DNA from: Promethearchaeota archaeon
GTDB taxonomy: Archaea; Asgardarchaeota; Heimdallarchaeia; Hodarchaeales; Hodarchaeaceae
Assembly (NCBI GenBank): GCA_048938105.1
Contig: JBHLMN010000004.1
Coordinates: 287,442 to 351,441 of the forward strand
Direction: 5' to 3'
Length of the DNA: 64,000 nucleotides
This document shows, in pieces, positions 1 to 10,773 of this stretch. Under the pieces are notes generated by a model. It was not told the DNA's origin. It made no database searches and saw nothing but the letters and a program-made list of their open reading frames with translations. The translations under genes and the position numbers were made by a program. Position 1 is the stretch's first letter; each line of letters starts with the position of its first letter.

Positions 1-1048
1 GAAAAGTTCAAGGGTTGTACATAGGTTACATCAGTCTGAGCAAGAGTCCAGTTTTGGAAGTTATGACCATGAAGTCGATCAAAACCAGACAAAGAGGAAT
101 CCATGGCATAAACATCTTTACTGTGAAAGACAACAGATTTAGGAACTTCATCATAAAACCAGGCCTGAAAGTCCATTAAAGCTTGTATCCTCTCTGCCAT
201 GCTTGTTGAATTTATTGCTCTGTCCCAAATGTCATCTACCTCGGTATTATTGATCCAGGCCGTATTTTCGCCATCAGGAGCAAAATCACCACTGGTGAAC
301 AAATCACTGTAGTCTATACCTTTTGTATCGATGTTCATCCCTCCAGTTGAAATAGATGAATAACCAACGAAAAAAGCATCATATCCTCCATGTTCATAGT
401 CAAATCCAATACCAGTTGGGTCGTCGAAGATCCGGGGCATAAAGATGTTCCAATTCCACCATTTCAAATCTACATCTATTCCAATTTGACCAAATGATCT
501 AGCGATTAATGCAGCCCACTGTGTTCTCGCTAAGTTGCTAATGGGCGCTATAAGTGTCATATGAAAATAAGGATCTCTGGTTTCATCATTTGCGTTCGGA
601 TTATAACGGTAACCAAAAACTTGTTCAAGAAGATCAAGAGCTTCCCAAGGGGCATAATCTCGGGCTTGGATACTCGAATCATATGCAGGAGAGTATTGGG
701 AGCCTATTAGCGTGGCTGTTTCTCGCACACCCCAACCTCCTGCTATTCCATTAACGATTTCATCCCGTGGAATAGCCATATCCATAGCTTGTCTGATTTT
801 TTTACGGTCATCGGGAGATAAATTATCATAATACCATTCTAGTGGTTTCTTATTGATACTCTCTGATGCTACAGGAGCTTCAGGGCCTTGGGGGTTCTCA
901 GGAGTTTCGTGAGTTTCAGATGTTTCAGGAATACTAATTCTTTCGTTAGTGAAATCATCATTAGTCTTTGTGATATTAAAGGCTAATATACTAGAGAATA
1001 AGAATATCATAAGTAAAATTAATGAGTTTATTTTCATTTTTTTCTCAT
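1..1048 (-). CDS. ABC transporter substrate-binding protein, family 5 (OppA/DppA-like), runs off window start
   Basis: Hand translation from ATG 1048: signal-like MRKKMKINSLILLMIFLFSSILAF, then KKIRQAMDMAIPRDEIV, LIARSFGQIGIDVDL and FQAWFYDEVP, which are SBP family 5 motifs. Not in the ORF track because it is truncated by the window edge. Confidence 0.85.
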
Positions 1049-1758
1049 CTGTAATAACTTATATTCAGTTAAGCTATCATCATATTGTGAATTATTGACA
1101 TAAAAATTTTTTGATATTGTAAGTTTTATAACATAAAAAAAAGAGAATAATCCGACTAGTAGTCATTAAAGTTGATTAAAGATATAATACGTTTTTAAAT
1201 GCGTACTTTTTTCGGATTCAGTTGGAATTAACAATTATTTTATTATTAAAGTTGGATAATATAGACTCTAATATTACATGGCTTCTCTCCAAGAATCCTC
1301 ACGATTGCATCCCATGTGAAATTTTCCGAAACAGAGTTCCATCGAGCTCAAAGGTCGATGCACTTATGCTGGTGGTCTTAGCAAGATCACTATTCACTTC
1401 ATATAAGAAATGAGTTTCACTACCAAGTTGGAAAAGTTTTGGTTCACCGTTGAAATAATAGGTTCTAAGTGTACCAGGATATTAAGGGAATCCTTGAAAG
1501 ATAGCAAAAAAATTATTATTTCTGATTATTATTTAAAAATTATTAGTTAATTATTATTTAAAGGAGACAAGAAAGGATCAAAGGGAGTTCAGGTGTGGAG
1601 AACTCCTTCAATATTTGGAAAAGAGTTCTAAGCTTAAAAAAGCTTTTTTGAGCAAAATTTCCATTGATGAACAATTAGAAATATCTTTTAATTGAGAAAA
1701 ATATGTTAATCACCAAATGCTTTTAGGGTTAATAAGGGATTATTAAAAGGGATTTTGT

Positions 1759-2856
1759 ATGCAAACAAGGCCAGAAAGACTTGAAAGCTTTGCAATGGAG
1801 AATTGGGCGTTATTCATTGAAGGTGCAGAGATCAGATGGAGTTTTGGTAACCCGAGTTTCGAATTTAGAGAAGTGGTCTCCAACTTTCTGATGGGCTTAG
1901 GGAATTTAGGCAAAGAACTATTCGGTGAAGGCATCGCAAGTATAAATTTTGATCTACGCAAACATAGTGGGATGAAGACTGCTGAGATCTTTATTGTTTC
2001 TTTACAAGACCAATTCTTTCTCATTATCTCTGATCCATCTGTGACTTTGCTTTTGATAGCAGCTTCAGGGGGAATTCCTGAAGATATCAAAGACATTATG
2101 ACAGCTGTGTTAGTTGGTCAAGCAAGTATTCTATATGCTAATAGTGTCACTGATGCGGATCCTGAAACCAAGAGAAGAATAGAACGGGATTTTCAGGATA
2201 TTATATTGGATATCAACGAAAAATATGGTCAAGATGATATGTTAAACTCGATTGTTGGGGAATATGGTAGTAACTTCTCCATCCTTTCCTTTGAAGAGTG
2301 TTTATTACTACATTATTATTTGAGGAAACAGGCTGAAAAAGCCAGTTATACTGCGCCAACTGGTTGGGCAATGATTGCCAATCTTGAAGGTTGGGAAGTC
2401 CCCTTATCATATAATTTAACAAAAGAAGGAATTTGGGCTGGATTTTTTGCAGCTATTGTTGGATTTATTCATTCACTTTTCGAGTCTAAACCTAAGTATA
2501 TTAGCTTTGGTTCGACCGAGATCCAAAAACTTAGGTTTATTTATGGTAAAAAATACTTTATGGCAATAGACACTAGTTTTGTGTCCGATCTTCTCCTTCA
2601 GAAAGATTTCCAGAAGGAATTATTTACTACCCCCTATAAAATACTCAAAGATATGTCCACTGGCATCAAGAATTTAATAATAGAGGAGATCCTTCAATAT
2701 AACGAAGATAAATTGACACAATTATCAGTGGAAACACTCCTAGATACATATGTTGGTACTGAGGAAACTTTGGAGCTTACTCGTGATGAACGAATGATCA
2801 GAGTTTGGGGGAAGCTGCTTCTTAGCTATCAGCAAGATAAGGCGCGAAATGTTTGA
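1759..2856 (+). CDS. Hypothetical protein (possibly longin/roadblock-like alpha/beta domains)
   Basis: 365-aa ORF with no diagnostic catalytic motif; the fold guess is weak. Confidence 0.6.
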   Translation: MQTRPERLESFAMENWALFIEGAEIRWSFGNPSFEFREVVSNFLMGLGNLGKELFGEGIASINFDLRKHSGMKTAEIFIVSLQDQFFLIISDPSVTLLLIAASGGIPEDIKDIMTAVLVGQASILYANSVTDADPETKRRIERDFQDIILDINEKYGQDDMLNSIVGEYGSNFSILSFEECLLLHYYLRKQAEKASYTAPTGWAMIANLEGWEVPLSYNLTKEGIWAGFFAAIVGFIHSLFESKPKYISFGSTEIQKLRFIYGKKYFMAIDTSFVSDLLLQKDFQKELFTTPYKILKDMSTGIKNLIIEEILQYNEDKLTQLSVETLLDTYVGTEETLELTRDERMIRVWGKLLLSYQQDKARNV

Positions 2857-3023
2857 ATGGATTTACATTTGTTTCTGATCTACTTAAAATCTATTATTTC
2901 CAGATTTTGACAGCTTATGAGCATATATTAGTTTTTATTCTCGATAATTATAAATATTTTAATAAAAAAATACGTTTAATTCACCACAGCTCTTAGAATC
3001 AGGAACAGTATAACAAGGTACCG

Positions 3024-3815
3024 GTGAGATTTTTGGGTCATGTGAAGGAATTATTTGATCTGTCTGGAAAAAAAGCATGTGTTACTGGAGGTGCTTCTGG
3101 TATTGGTTTTACGATGGCTGAGGGGTTAACTGAAGCAGGCGCAGCCGTGGTAATTTGTGGACGTGGACGTCATGGCTCACTTGAGGAAGCCTCTTCCAAG
3201 CTCTCAAAAATAGGTCCTGAAGTACTTGCAGAAAAATGTGATGTAAGTATCGAAGAAGAGGTTTTACACCTTGTACGGAGATTACGTGAAAAAGATTTCG
3301 TTGTAGATATCCTTGTTAACAACGCAGGAGTTTCTTGGGGCCATGAGTCGGAAACAATGCCCTTAGATCGTTGGAATATGGTTATTGAAACCAATCTAAC
3401 AGGGCTATTTACTGTAACACGAGAGATGGCGAAAGAATTTATGATACCAAGGGCAAGTGGTTCCATAATTAACATTGCAAGTGTGTCTGGAATGACAGGA
3501 GGGGAAATAGGACTTTCTGCTTACTCTGCTTCAAAAGCTGGTGTAATTGGTATAACTAAACAATTGGCAATCGAATGGGCTTCCTATGGAATCCGTGTGA
3601 ACGCTATTGCTCCAAGTTGGTTTCCTTCCTATATGACCCGTCATTTCACGGGAGAAGGTAGCCCTTATCGTGAATTACTTTTGAAGGATAGTCCTTTTGG
3701 AAGATTTGGTAAGCCAGAAGAATTAAAGGGGCCAGTAGTGTTTCTGGCTTCACAAGCAAGTTCGTATATCACAGGTATTGTAATCCCAGTTGACGGAGGT
3801 TACATTTCAAAATGA
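3024..3815 (+). CDS. Short-chain dehydrogenase/reductase (gluconate 5-dehydrogenase/FabG-like)
   Basis: TGGASGIG, NNAG, YSASK and IRVNAIAP motifs. Confidence 0.93.
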   Translation: MRFLGHVKELFDLSGKKACVTGGASGIGFTMAEGLTEAGAAVVICGRGRHGSLEEASSKLSKIGPEVLAEKCDVSIEEEVLHLVRRLREKDFVVDILVNNAGVSWGHESETMPLDRWNMVIETNLTGLFTVTREMAKEFMIPRASGSIINIASVSGMTGGEIGLSAYSASKAGVIGITKQLAIEWASYGIRVNAIAPSWFPSYMTRHFTGEGSPYRELLLKDSPFGRFGKPEELKGPVVFLASQASSYITGIVIPVDGGYISK

Positions 3816-4615
3816 ATTCCATGCATGTTTTAGATTTGTTTAAATTAACTGATAAAATAGCACTGGTTTCTGGAGGTGCTAAGGGGTTAGGTACTATTAT
3901 AAATGAAGGATTTTTAGAAGCTGGAGTTAAGACATTGATTTTTTGTGGTCGTGGGAGACATGGTTCAGTAGAAGATGAACAGGAACGATTATCTGAATTA
4001 TTCACAAACGCAACGATTATTGGGGTCCAATGTGATGTCTCTGATGAATCACAAGTTCAATCAATGGTCCAAAAAATAAAACACGATGTAAATAAGATCG
4101 ATATATTAGTTAACAATGCAGGAGTCACTTGGAACGCTCCAACAATTGACCAGACGTTTGCAACTTGGCATCGAGTCATTGATACCAATCTTACAGGGTT
4201 ATTCCTCCTCACTCGTGAGGTTTCAAATGAACTCATGATTCCTAAAGGAGGAGGTACAATTATTAACATTAGTAGTGTCTTAGCTTTTCAAGGAGTAGAG
4301 GTTGGCAGCCAGATTGGATATTCTGCTTCCAAGGCTGGCGTTTTAGGCTTAACTCGTCAGCTTGCTGTAGAATGGAGCAAGTGGAACATTCGAGTGAATG
4401 CGATTGCTCCATCATTCATAGAAGGAGACACAATGGCCAAAGTATTCACCAATGAGGATAGTCCTGTAAGAGAGACTCTCATCGAGACTATCCCCACAAA
4501 ACGTTTCAATACTCCTACTGATTTAAAAGCAGCTGTTTGTTTTCTTGCGTCAGATGCATCATCCAATATTACTGGTCAGTGTCTCGTATTAGACGGAGGT
4601 TTATCTGTAAAATAA
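3812..4615 (+). CDS. Short-chain dehydrogenase/reductase, tandem paralog; island insertion site
   Basis: SGGAKGLG, NNAG and YSASK motifs; overlaps the upstream SDR by 4 nt; its 3' third is repeated at 37825-38090. Confidence 0.93.
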   Translation: MNSMHVLDLFKLTDKIALVSGGAKGLGTIINEGFLEAGVKTLIFCGRGRHGSVEDEQERLSELFTNATIIGVQCDVSDESQVQSMVQKIKHDVNKIDILVNNAGVTWNAPTIDQTFATWHRVIDTNLTGLFLLTREVSNELMIPKGGGTIINISSVLAFQGVEVGSQIGYSASKAGVLGLTRQLAVEWSKWNIRVNAIAPSFIEGDTMAKVFTNEDSPVRETLIETIPTKRFNTPTDLKAAVCFLASDASSNITGQCLVLDGGLSVK

Positions 4616-4631
4616 GAAGGCAGGTGATCTA
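4366..4631 (+). repeat. Left copy of 266-bp direct repeat bounding the island
   Basis: Aligns without gaps to 37825-38090; 19 mismatches by hand count. Confidence 0.95.
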
Positions 4632-4787
4632 ACTTCCCTACTTAATGAATTTTCCATTCGAAGTGACTGAAGATAGTCGTCTTTTTTCAGAGATATCATA
4701 GCCCTTTGGAATGTTTATTCAGATTATAATTGGTCTCACACACAATTAATTTTATAATAAGGGTATATTCATTGCATTAATTGCTCT

Positions 4788-5138
4788 TTAAGAGAGAATG
4801 GGAAAATTGACCTCTATTTTAATTTGATAAATACGATACATTCGAGCCTGAAGAAAGAAGTCGTGGTTATAATTAGGAGGCACCTCTAAATTTCTGGAAG
4901 TAAAATAATCTGTGACAGAATTTAAACCATGTTTTTCAGGATGAAAATATAAATCGACGATCTCGTGTGAAACAATACTACCACCCCAAATATCGAAAAG
5001 ATCCATTAATCCACCAGTAAATTCTGCCATATTTCCCTCCATGTTTGATTCCCAATCATAAAAATAATTAATAAGAATTCTTTTAGTTTTCAATCCCTTT
5101 TTATCTTTGAGAGGATGCTTAAGGTGGGGAATGTACAT
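4788..5138 (-). CDS. Hypothetical protein, homolog of the N-terminal part of 36781..37611
   Basis: Shares the YxYDW and YFxSRNLxxP..H..F motifs with the 276-aa ORF. Confidence 0.7.
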   Translation of the reverse strand: MYIPHLKHPLKDKKGLKTKRILINYFYDWESNMEGNMAEFTGGLMDLFDIWGGSIVSHEIVDLYFHPEKHGLNSVTDYFTSRNLEVPPNYNHDFFLQARMYRIYQIKIEVNFPILS

Positions 5139-5266
5139 ACTTATTGACCTCTTATATAATGTATTAACAATTTAAAAGAACCTGAACTCGTATAAAAAAT
5201 TTTCCATTGAAAAGATAATAGACATTTATAAAACGAAAGAAAATATGATGATTTTTCTTAGAACAT

Positions 5267-7447
5267 TTACCAGAACAGATTTATATCACCCGAGTATTGA
5301 ATACGCCACCACCGACCATTATCCCAATCAGCATTTATTACATTATACTTCTGACCTGAGATGATTCGTGCAACTGTACCTTCTGTATCAATAATCCAAT
5401 CCCAAAGAAGTCGCGTACCTACACCATATAGTCCCTTATCTTCAGATAAATCCTCTCGAATGTTACTTTGGGGAGTTACGAAATCCATTACGAATACACC
5501 AAACTGTATTAAACCCCACACGCTTACAATTAAGGCTACTGTTCCCGTACCGCCTGATAGAACAGCACCTAGGATTATTAGTCCTATCAAAACGATAAAG
5601 AAGATAAGCATGGTCAAGAAAGTCTCCCATTCAGAGGCATCAGCATCAGACTTATCCTGCCGAGAGGGAAATCCGCATACACTTATCACGGGAAGATTGT
5701 ATCCAAAATTCCAGCGCATTGAGGTGATGTCTTTGCTCTGACCAAAGTACGATCCCTGAGTATTATAGCCTACTGACAGAATAAACATAGCGCCTTGATT
5801 TGACGTGGACACATATCTACTCTTATCACTCCAGTAGGTCTCATCACCATTAGCGATTATAGTATATTCGATATTGCTTGTATCAATGAAGTTTGTAGTG
5901 TCAGAGTCTGTATCAGTTTCAGGGAGGCGTTCGATAAATTCTACATTCTGAGGGAGGTAGATTTCAGGTTTGCCATGACCACTCGACCACGAACCTTGGC
6001 CAAACACTTTGATCTCACACCATAATCCCCCGTTATTATTTGAGGGTTCGCCCTTCCATGTTCGAATAGGAAATACCTTGATTTGTTTCACATCCTGACA
6101 GATCTCATCTGGTAATGACATCCACATGGGTTGAGGATGGCGGATAAGTGCTTGAGTCGAAGAATCATTGGCATCCCCACCCACTCGTAACGGAGCGGGA
6201 AGATTATAGACCCATTTATAGATCACTTCACCCTCATCATCCTCTAACACTACCTGCGCTAGGCGGAGCGGGTTGGGCTTCCGAACATACAGTAGGATAC
6301 CAGACACGTCCTGAGGATCAGTGAATGTAATATCAGCTATGGTCGTACTCAAAGACCCCGTCCACCATCCATTGGAATCCCAACTATCAGGAATTGCCCA
6401 GGTTCCTACTGCTCCGTCGGTCATCCACGCAGCTAACCCTGAATGCGATACGTTGTCGAGGAGGTTATCTGAGGTGAGTTGACCATGATCATTTTTAGGC
6501 ATAATTGGCATAAAGTAGCGTGCATCACGTAAATCCACCCAGTCAGAATCACTACCACTAGTCAGATCGATGTTTACTAAATCGTTATTACGGAGAATGA
6601 TCTCTCGATCACCAGATGAAAAACGAGAGAGGGAAAGGTCACTGAAATCTTGGATGGTCTCAGAATAGATTTCCCAAGGTACACTCGCATAATCAGTTCC
6701 CTCTGTCCCAATATTAATTTTGGTTATGTAATCCTCGCCAGGATCGTCTCCAATCCCAAAGTTATACCCCCAAGGATACAAGTAGGAAGGGTTATTGACC
6801 TGGGCAAAATATCGATCATTGCCCTCGTAGATGCTTCGTAAGGGCATCACACTGACAAAAAGCTTGTCATCGTGAAACGAAGTGGAATCGTGACTCAAAT
6901 TGAGAACCGATATGGTGGAATAGTGGTTAGAATTATCTTTATCCATTGAGATCATGGTGGTGAGGGAGTCATGAGCATTATCACCTCCAAGTAAATCATC
7001 AAGATAGTCGTCATCACTTGTTGATTCGCCATAGACCATCTTCGACCACGTGAATCCAAAAAGACCATTATCATTTATCGCGTCATAATTGGCAATGGCT
7101 CGTCCAGGTTCGCCACCGAAGAATGGATATGAACTTGCCCACTGTGCAAGGTTTTGTCCAACTTCAGGAGCTTCCGAAACAAGAATGGATCCTAACTCGG
7201 AGGGGGTATATGAACCATGAGATATACGTTGAATGTTTGGCATATTCAGGAAATTAACACCAGCAGTAAAGTTATCCCGACACACGTTCACATTGATATT
7301 ATCCAAGACCATAGTGCTGATGTTCGCAGCAATCACCTTTGAAATGAATTCCCGGGCCATTTCAGGGGTTGTCGGACTATTGGTGAAACTAGCCTTACCA
7401 CGGTCTTCGAATTTACCTCTATCCGCATCTTGAAGATATGGACTCAA
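5267..7447 (-). CDS. Acidic extracellular-type protein with a probable discoidin/galactose-binding-like domain and a C-terminal hydrophobic hairpin; probably 5'-truncated
   Basis: 726 aa, D/S/G/W-rich. IADITFTDPQDVSGILLY...WCEIKVFG resembles an F5/8-type domain. Two hydrophobic segments lie near the C-terminus. No signal peptide, TTG start, GC-richer than its flanks. Confidence 0.6.
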   Translation of the reverse strand: MSPYLQDADRGKFEDRGKASFTNSPTTPEMAREFISKVIAANISTMVLDNINVNVCRDNFTAGVNFLNMPNIQRISHGSYTPSELGSILVSEAPEVGQNLAQWASSYPFFGGEPGRAIANYDAINDNGLFGFTWSKMVYGESTSDDDYLDDLLGGDNAHDSLTTMISMDKDNSNHYSTISVLNLSHDSTSFHDDKLFVSVMPLRSIYEGNDRYFAQVNNPSYLYPWGYNFGIGDDPGEDYITKINIGTEGTDYASVPWEIYSETIQDFSDLSLSRFSSGDREIILRNNDLVNIDLTSGSDSDWVDLRDARYFMPIMPKNDHGQLTSDNLLDNVSHSGLAAWMTDGAVGTWAIPDSWDSNGWWTGSLSTTIADITFTDPQDVSGILLYVRKPNPLRLAQVVLEDDEGEVIYKWVYNLPAPLRVGGDANDSSTQALIRHPQPMWMSLPDEICQDVKQIKVFPIRTWKGEPSNNNGGLWCEIKVFGQGSWSSGHGKPEIYLPQNVEFIERLPETDTDSDTTNFIDTSNIEYTIIANGDETYWSDKSRYVSTSNQGAMFILSVGYNTQGSYFGQSKDITSMRWNFGYNLPVISVCGFPSRQDKSDADASEWETFLTMLIFFIVLIGLIILGAVLSGGTGTVALIVSVWGLIQFGVFVMDFVTPQSNIREDLSEDKGLYGVGTRLLWDWIIDTEGTVARIISGQKYNVINADWDNGRWWRIQYSGDINLFW

Positions 7448-7855
7448 ACCTACTAGACAATTACCAGAATTGTAGTCGTAAGAATATGCAGTTATTTAAT
7501 TTTTCAAATATTAGAAAGACACATTTTGGTATTTGTCTATCGTTTGAAGAAAAGGTTTTTCAATTATTTAAAGAAGAACTTTCTTCTAAAGGAGGAGAAT
7601 TAAAAGGGATAAAAATATGCCTAGTGTAGAAGCTATTGCTAAGCTTCCTGATGGAAAGATAATTGGATTTCAAGTATCGAAAGTTTAGTCTAGTTAGTAC
7701 TAGAATTAATTGAAGAAGTTGAGAGAATGAATCGAAAGTTAAGATTACTATGAATTCAGGATTTTTCTAACATTTGAAATGGATAAATATGTGAAATAAC
7801 CAGTCTTTTACAGTAGTCTATTTTTAATATAGTAAAAACTGAAGAAAAGATCAGT

Positions 7856-8983
7856 ATGAAAAAGCAGATGAAGAAGAAAAACAATAGCACAGACGAAACA
7901 CCTATTCCTCCACCATATCTTGTGTCATATGCTGTTACAAGAAAATGTAATCTCAAATGCAAGCACTGTTATAGTGAGGCAACCGAAGAACCAGCACCAG
8001 ATGAACTTTCAACAGAAGAAGCAAAACGAGTGATAGATGAGATTGCTAAGTGGGGGATCAAGCTCTTAATTTTCGATGGTGGGGAACCACTGGCTAGGGA
8101 TGACTTTTTTGATATTGCGAGCCACGCGTCGACAAAAGAGTTGAGGGTAGTTATTGGTAGTAACGGGACACTAATTACTCCAGATGTAGCTAAACGATTG
8201 AAAGCCTCTGGTATTATGGCAGTGCAGATATCCATTGATGGTGCTGAAGCTCAGACCCATGATTGGTTTCGAGGAGAAGAAGGGTCCTTTAACAAAGCCC
8301 TAGAAGGAGCTAAGGCGTGTAAAGCAGTGGACTTACCTTTTCAATTTGGGATGACAATTCGAAGAGCTACTTTAGGCGAAATATCTGCCATGTTAATACT
8401 GGCCATAGAATCGGGGGCAATCGCTGCGGAATTTTTTGATTTGATCCAAGTCCCAAGGGTCAAAAGGGAAATCCCAGAGGAAATATTAACACCCATTGAA
8501 AGGAAAGAAGTTATGGAATGGTTGGCAGAAGCACAAACGGATTGTCCCATCATCATAAGAGTGCCTGGTTGCCCTATGTATCCCCTCATCCTTCAGGAGA
8601 AGAATATCCAACCAAAACATTTTCCCGCTCATTTATTACAAAGGATTCCATATTATGGAAGAGGGTGTGCAGCAGGGATGCCAAAGGGTTACCTCACCAT
8701 CCTTCCAAATGGGGATATAATTCCATGCATGCTTCTCCAAATAAAACTGGGAAATGTCAGAGAGGAAAACATCACTCAAATATGGGCCAATTCTCCAATT
8801 TTGGCCACACTTAGAAATCGAAGCTTATTGGAAGGAGAATGTGGCCGCTGTAGCCATCGAGATGAATGTACTGGTTGCCGTGGAAGAGCTTATGAAGAGA
8901 CAGGTAATATACTGGCGACGGATCCTGGCTGCTGGTTCAATATAGGAGGAAACCCAGAACTATACCCGAAAAATTCTGAATAA
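7856..8983 (+). CDS. Radical SAM/SPASM protein (NirJ/AhbC/AhbD-like)
   Basis: CNLKCKHC, GGEP and SIDG motifs, plus SPASM cysteines GCAAG...PC...CGRC...CTGCRGRA...DPGC. Confidence 0.9.
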   Translation: MKKQMKKKNNSTDETPIPPPYLVSYAVTRKCNLKCKHCYSEATEEPAPDELSTEEAKRVIDEIAKWGIKLLIFDGGEPLARDDFFDIASHASTKELRVVIGSNGTLITPDVAKRLKASGIMAVQISIDGAEAQTHDWFRGEEGSFNKALEGAKACKAVDLPFQFGMTIRRATLGEISAMLILAIESGAIAAEFFDLIQVPRVKREIPEEILTPIERKEVMEWLAEAQTDCPIIIRVPGCPMYPLILQEKNIQPKHFPAHLLQRIPYYGRGCAAGMPKGYLTILPNGDIIPCMLLQIKLGNVREENITQIWANSPILATLRNRSLLEGECGRCSHRDECTGCRGRAYEETGNILATDPGCWFNIGGNPELYPKNSE

Positions 8984-9103
8984 CGATTAAAAATTCGAAC
9001 AGAAAATTTTGATCTATCGTGACCCTCTTTTACCATAAGAGGATGAAATTCTTTCATATCTAAATTGGGAAAATTATATGAGAATAGAACGAGAGAGATA
9101 ATT

Positions 9104-9220
9104 TCATTCATCTTTATACTTAATTCTACTTTTTATACCCTCCGCTTTGCGAGACATCCCTTTTATTCGACGTGAAGAACCTTTGACCTTACGTGACATT
9201 CCTTTAACTTTCTGGGACAT
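9104..9220 (-). CDS. 38-aa basic peptide with four 7-aa repeats
   Basis: MSQKVKG-MSRKVKG-SSRRIKG-MSRKAEG-IKSRIKYKDE*. The 21-nt units vary at synonymous positions. Confidence 0.6.
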   Translation of the reverse strand: MSQKVKGMSRKVKGSSRRIKGMSRKAEGIKSRIKYKDE

Positions 9221-9259
9221 TCTAATAACTTCTTTTATTCATTCTAATATTATTTTTGA

Positions 9260-10003
9260 ATAATAAAAATTTATCTTGATGCTTTTTATTGCAGCCATTT
9301 TCTCCTCGAAAATGATGGATTCAGTCTTATTCAAGGAGATAAAATTCGAAACATTGTTGAATTTTTCATTCCCCAATGGTTTTTTTTAAAAGGTCAGGTA
9401 TATATCGTTTCTCCTTATTTGAATTTTAACGATTGGCTTCGTTTAGCTCATCAATATAGTCAATTAGAATACATGAACAATAGACCAAAGATTACAATAG
9501 TGACGAGACGTTGGGAGAACCAATGGAAAGATGGTAAACTTGAAAAAGTCCCAAAAACGAAAAAAGATCTAGTGAATATTCATAATCAAATCTGGGAAGG
9601 TGATGGTATGATTTTAAGGAATGGAGAAAGAAAATTCATAACCAGAAAAAAGCAACAGAAAATGAAAATTAAAAAAAAGACGAATTTGATCTTATTTCCA
9701 GAAGATTTCGACTTTTTTCTTAAAAATACTCAAATTTTTGTATCAAACCATCATTTTCATGCAAAATTTTATGCAGCTGTATTTGATAAAGCAAATTCCC
9801 AAATAATTGCTACTAGTTATAACTTCACTGAATTCACAATAAGACAAATTGAGTTTTTTAGCTATTTAGAATGTCCAAACAATGTATTTTATCATGAATT
9901 TAATAGATTAAGACAACATGCAGAACTTATACCGTTAAGATTTACTATAAAACATACAAAAACTCCAAAGAGGAAAATTAGATCAAATCTCTCTATAAGA
10001 TAA
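9260..10003 (+). CDS. Phospholipase D-family (HKD-type) nuclease-like protein; start uncertain
   Basis: FHAKFY...IIATSYNFT motif. The frame is open upstream of the TTG at 9419 back to 9260 and includes the PLD-typical VYIVSPY strand. Confidence 0.7.
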   Translation: MIKIYLDAFYCSHFLLENDGFSLIQGDKIRNIVEFFIPQWFFLKGQVYIVSPYLNFNDWLRLAHQYSQLEYMNNRPKITIVTRRWENQWKDGKLEKVPKTKKDLVNIHNQIWEGDGMILRNGERKFITRKKQQKMKIKKKTNLILFPEDFDFFLKNTQIFVSNHHFHAKFYAAVFDKANSQIIATSYNFTEFTIRQIEFFSYLECPNNVFYHEFNRLRQHAELIPLRFTIKHTKTPKRKIRSNLSIR

Positions 10004-10248
10004 TATGTAGATTTTACAAGTTCTCTTTACTACGATTTCTATCTGAAGATCAAAATAATCTTAAGTTGGTCAAACGAGCAATTGACAAGCCATTTTATAG
10101 ATCTAATCAATCAGTGATGTTCATCTTTAAAAAATGATTAAGTCACTTATTCTAGATACTATTCACATAAAGGACAACATATTGTTTGACATAAAAGAGC
10201 TAAAAAAAGTTGGTTCTTGTATTACAACATCAATGATCCCAATTGATT

Positions 10249-10773
10249 TCAATAAAGAGTAAAAATATTAAATCGATTCCAATCCTCTAGGTGACCCTCA
10301 ATAGTTAAAAAATCAGAGCATGATACAACTGCAATGTTATAATTTTCTCTCATCACATCTTTTACTGGAGAAAAATGATGTTCATCATTAGATATAACGT
10401 ATGATACTTCTGTTTGTACTGAAAATTCACAAAAATATTTATCTTTTCTACTCATATCGAGTATTAAATGTTGAGGAACATATTTGCATATTGAAATTTT
10501 TTCAAATCCTTCAAGAGTTGTTATTAAATTCCTTACTAGCATATCTGCAAATCTTGGAGCTATTTTCCTTCTGTTATAAAGCGTATTGACCAGCTCATTC
10601 AGCATACGTGGACAAGAAACAATCTCAAGTTCCTTACATTTCTCAATTATCCGTAAAACAACCTCAAAACCATCCCCACCATGATCCAAGTAATTAAGCA
10701 ATACATTTGTATCCAAAACTACTTTTTTCCGCATTGATTGCTGCCCACACAATAATATCCTGAAATTGTTCAT
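10249..10773 (-). CDS. PIN-domain ribonuclease
   Basis: KVVLDTNVL, conserved E, KDKYF and VISNDEHHF; overlaps the ATPase stop by 4 nt. Confidence 0.88.
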   Translation of the reverse strand: MNNFRILLCGQQSMRKKVVLDTNVLLNYLDHGGDGFEVVLRIIEKCKELEIVSCPRMLNELVNTLYNRRKIAPRFADMLVRNLITTLEGFEKISICKYVPQHLILDMSRKDKYFCEFSVQTEVSYVISNDEHHFSPVKDVMRENYNIAVVSCSDFLTIEGHLEDWNRFNIFTLY

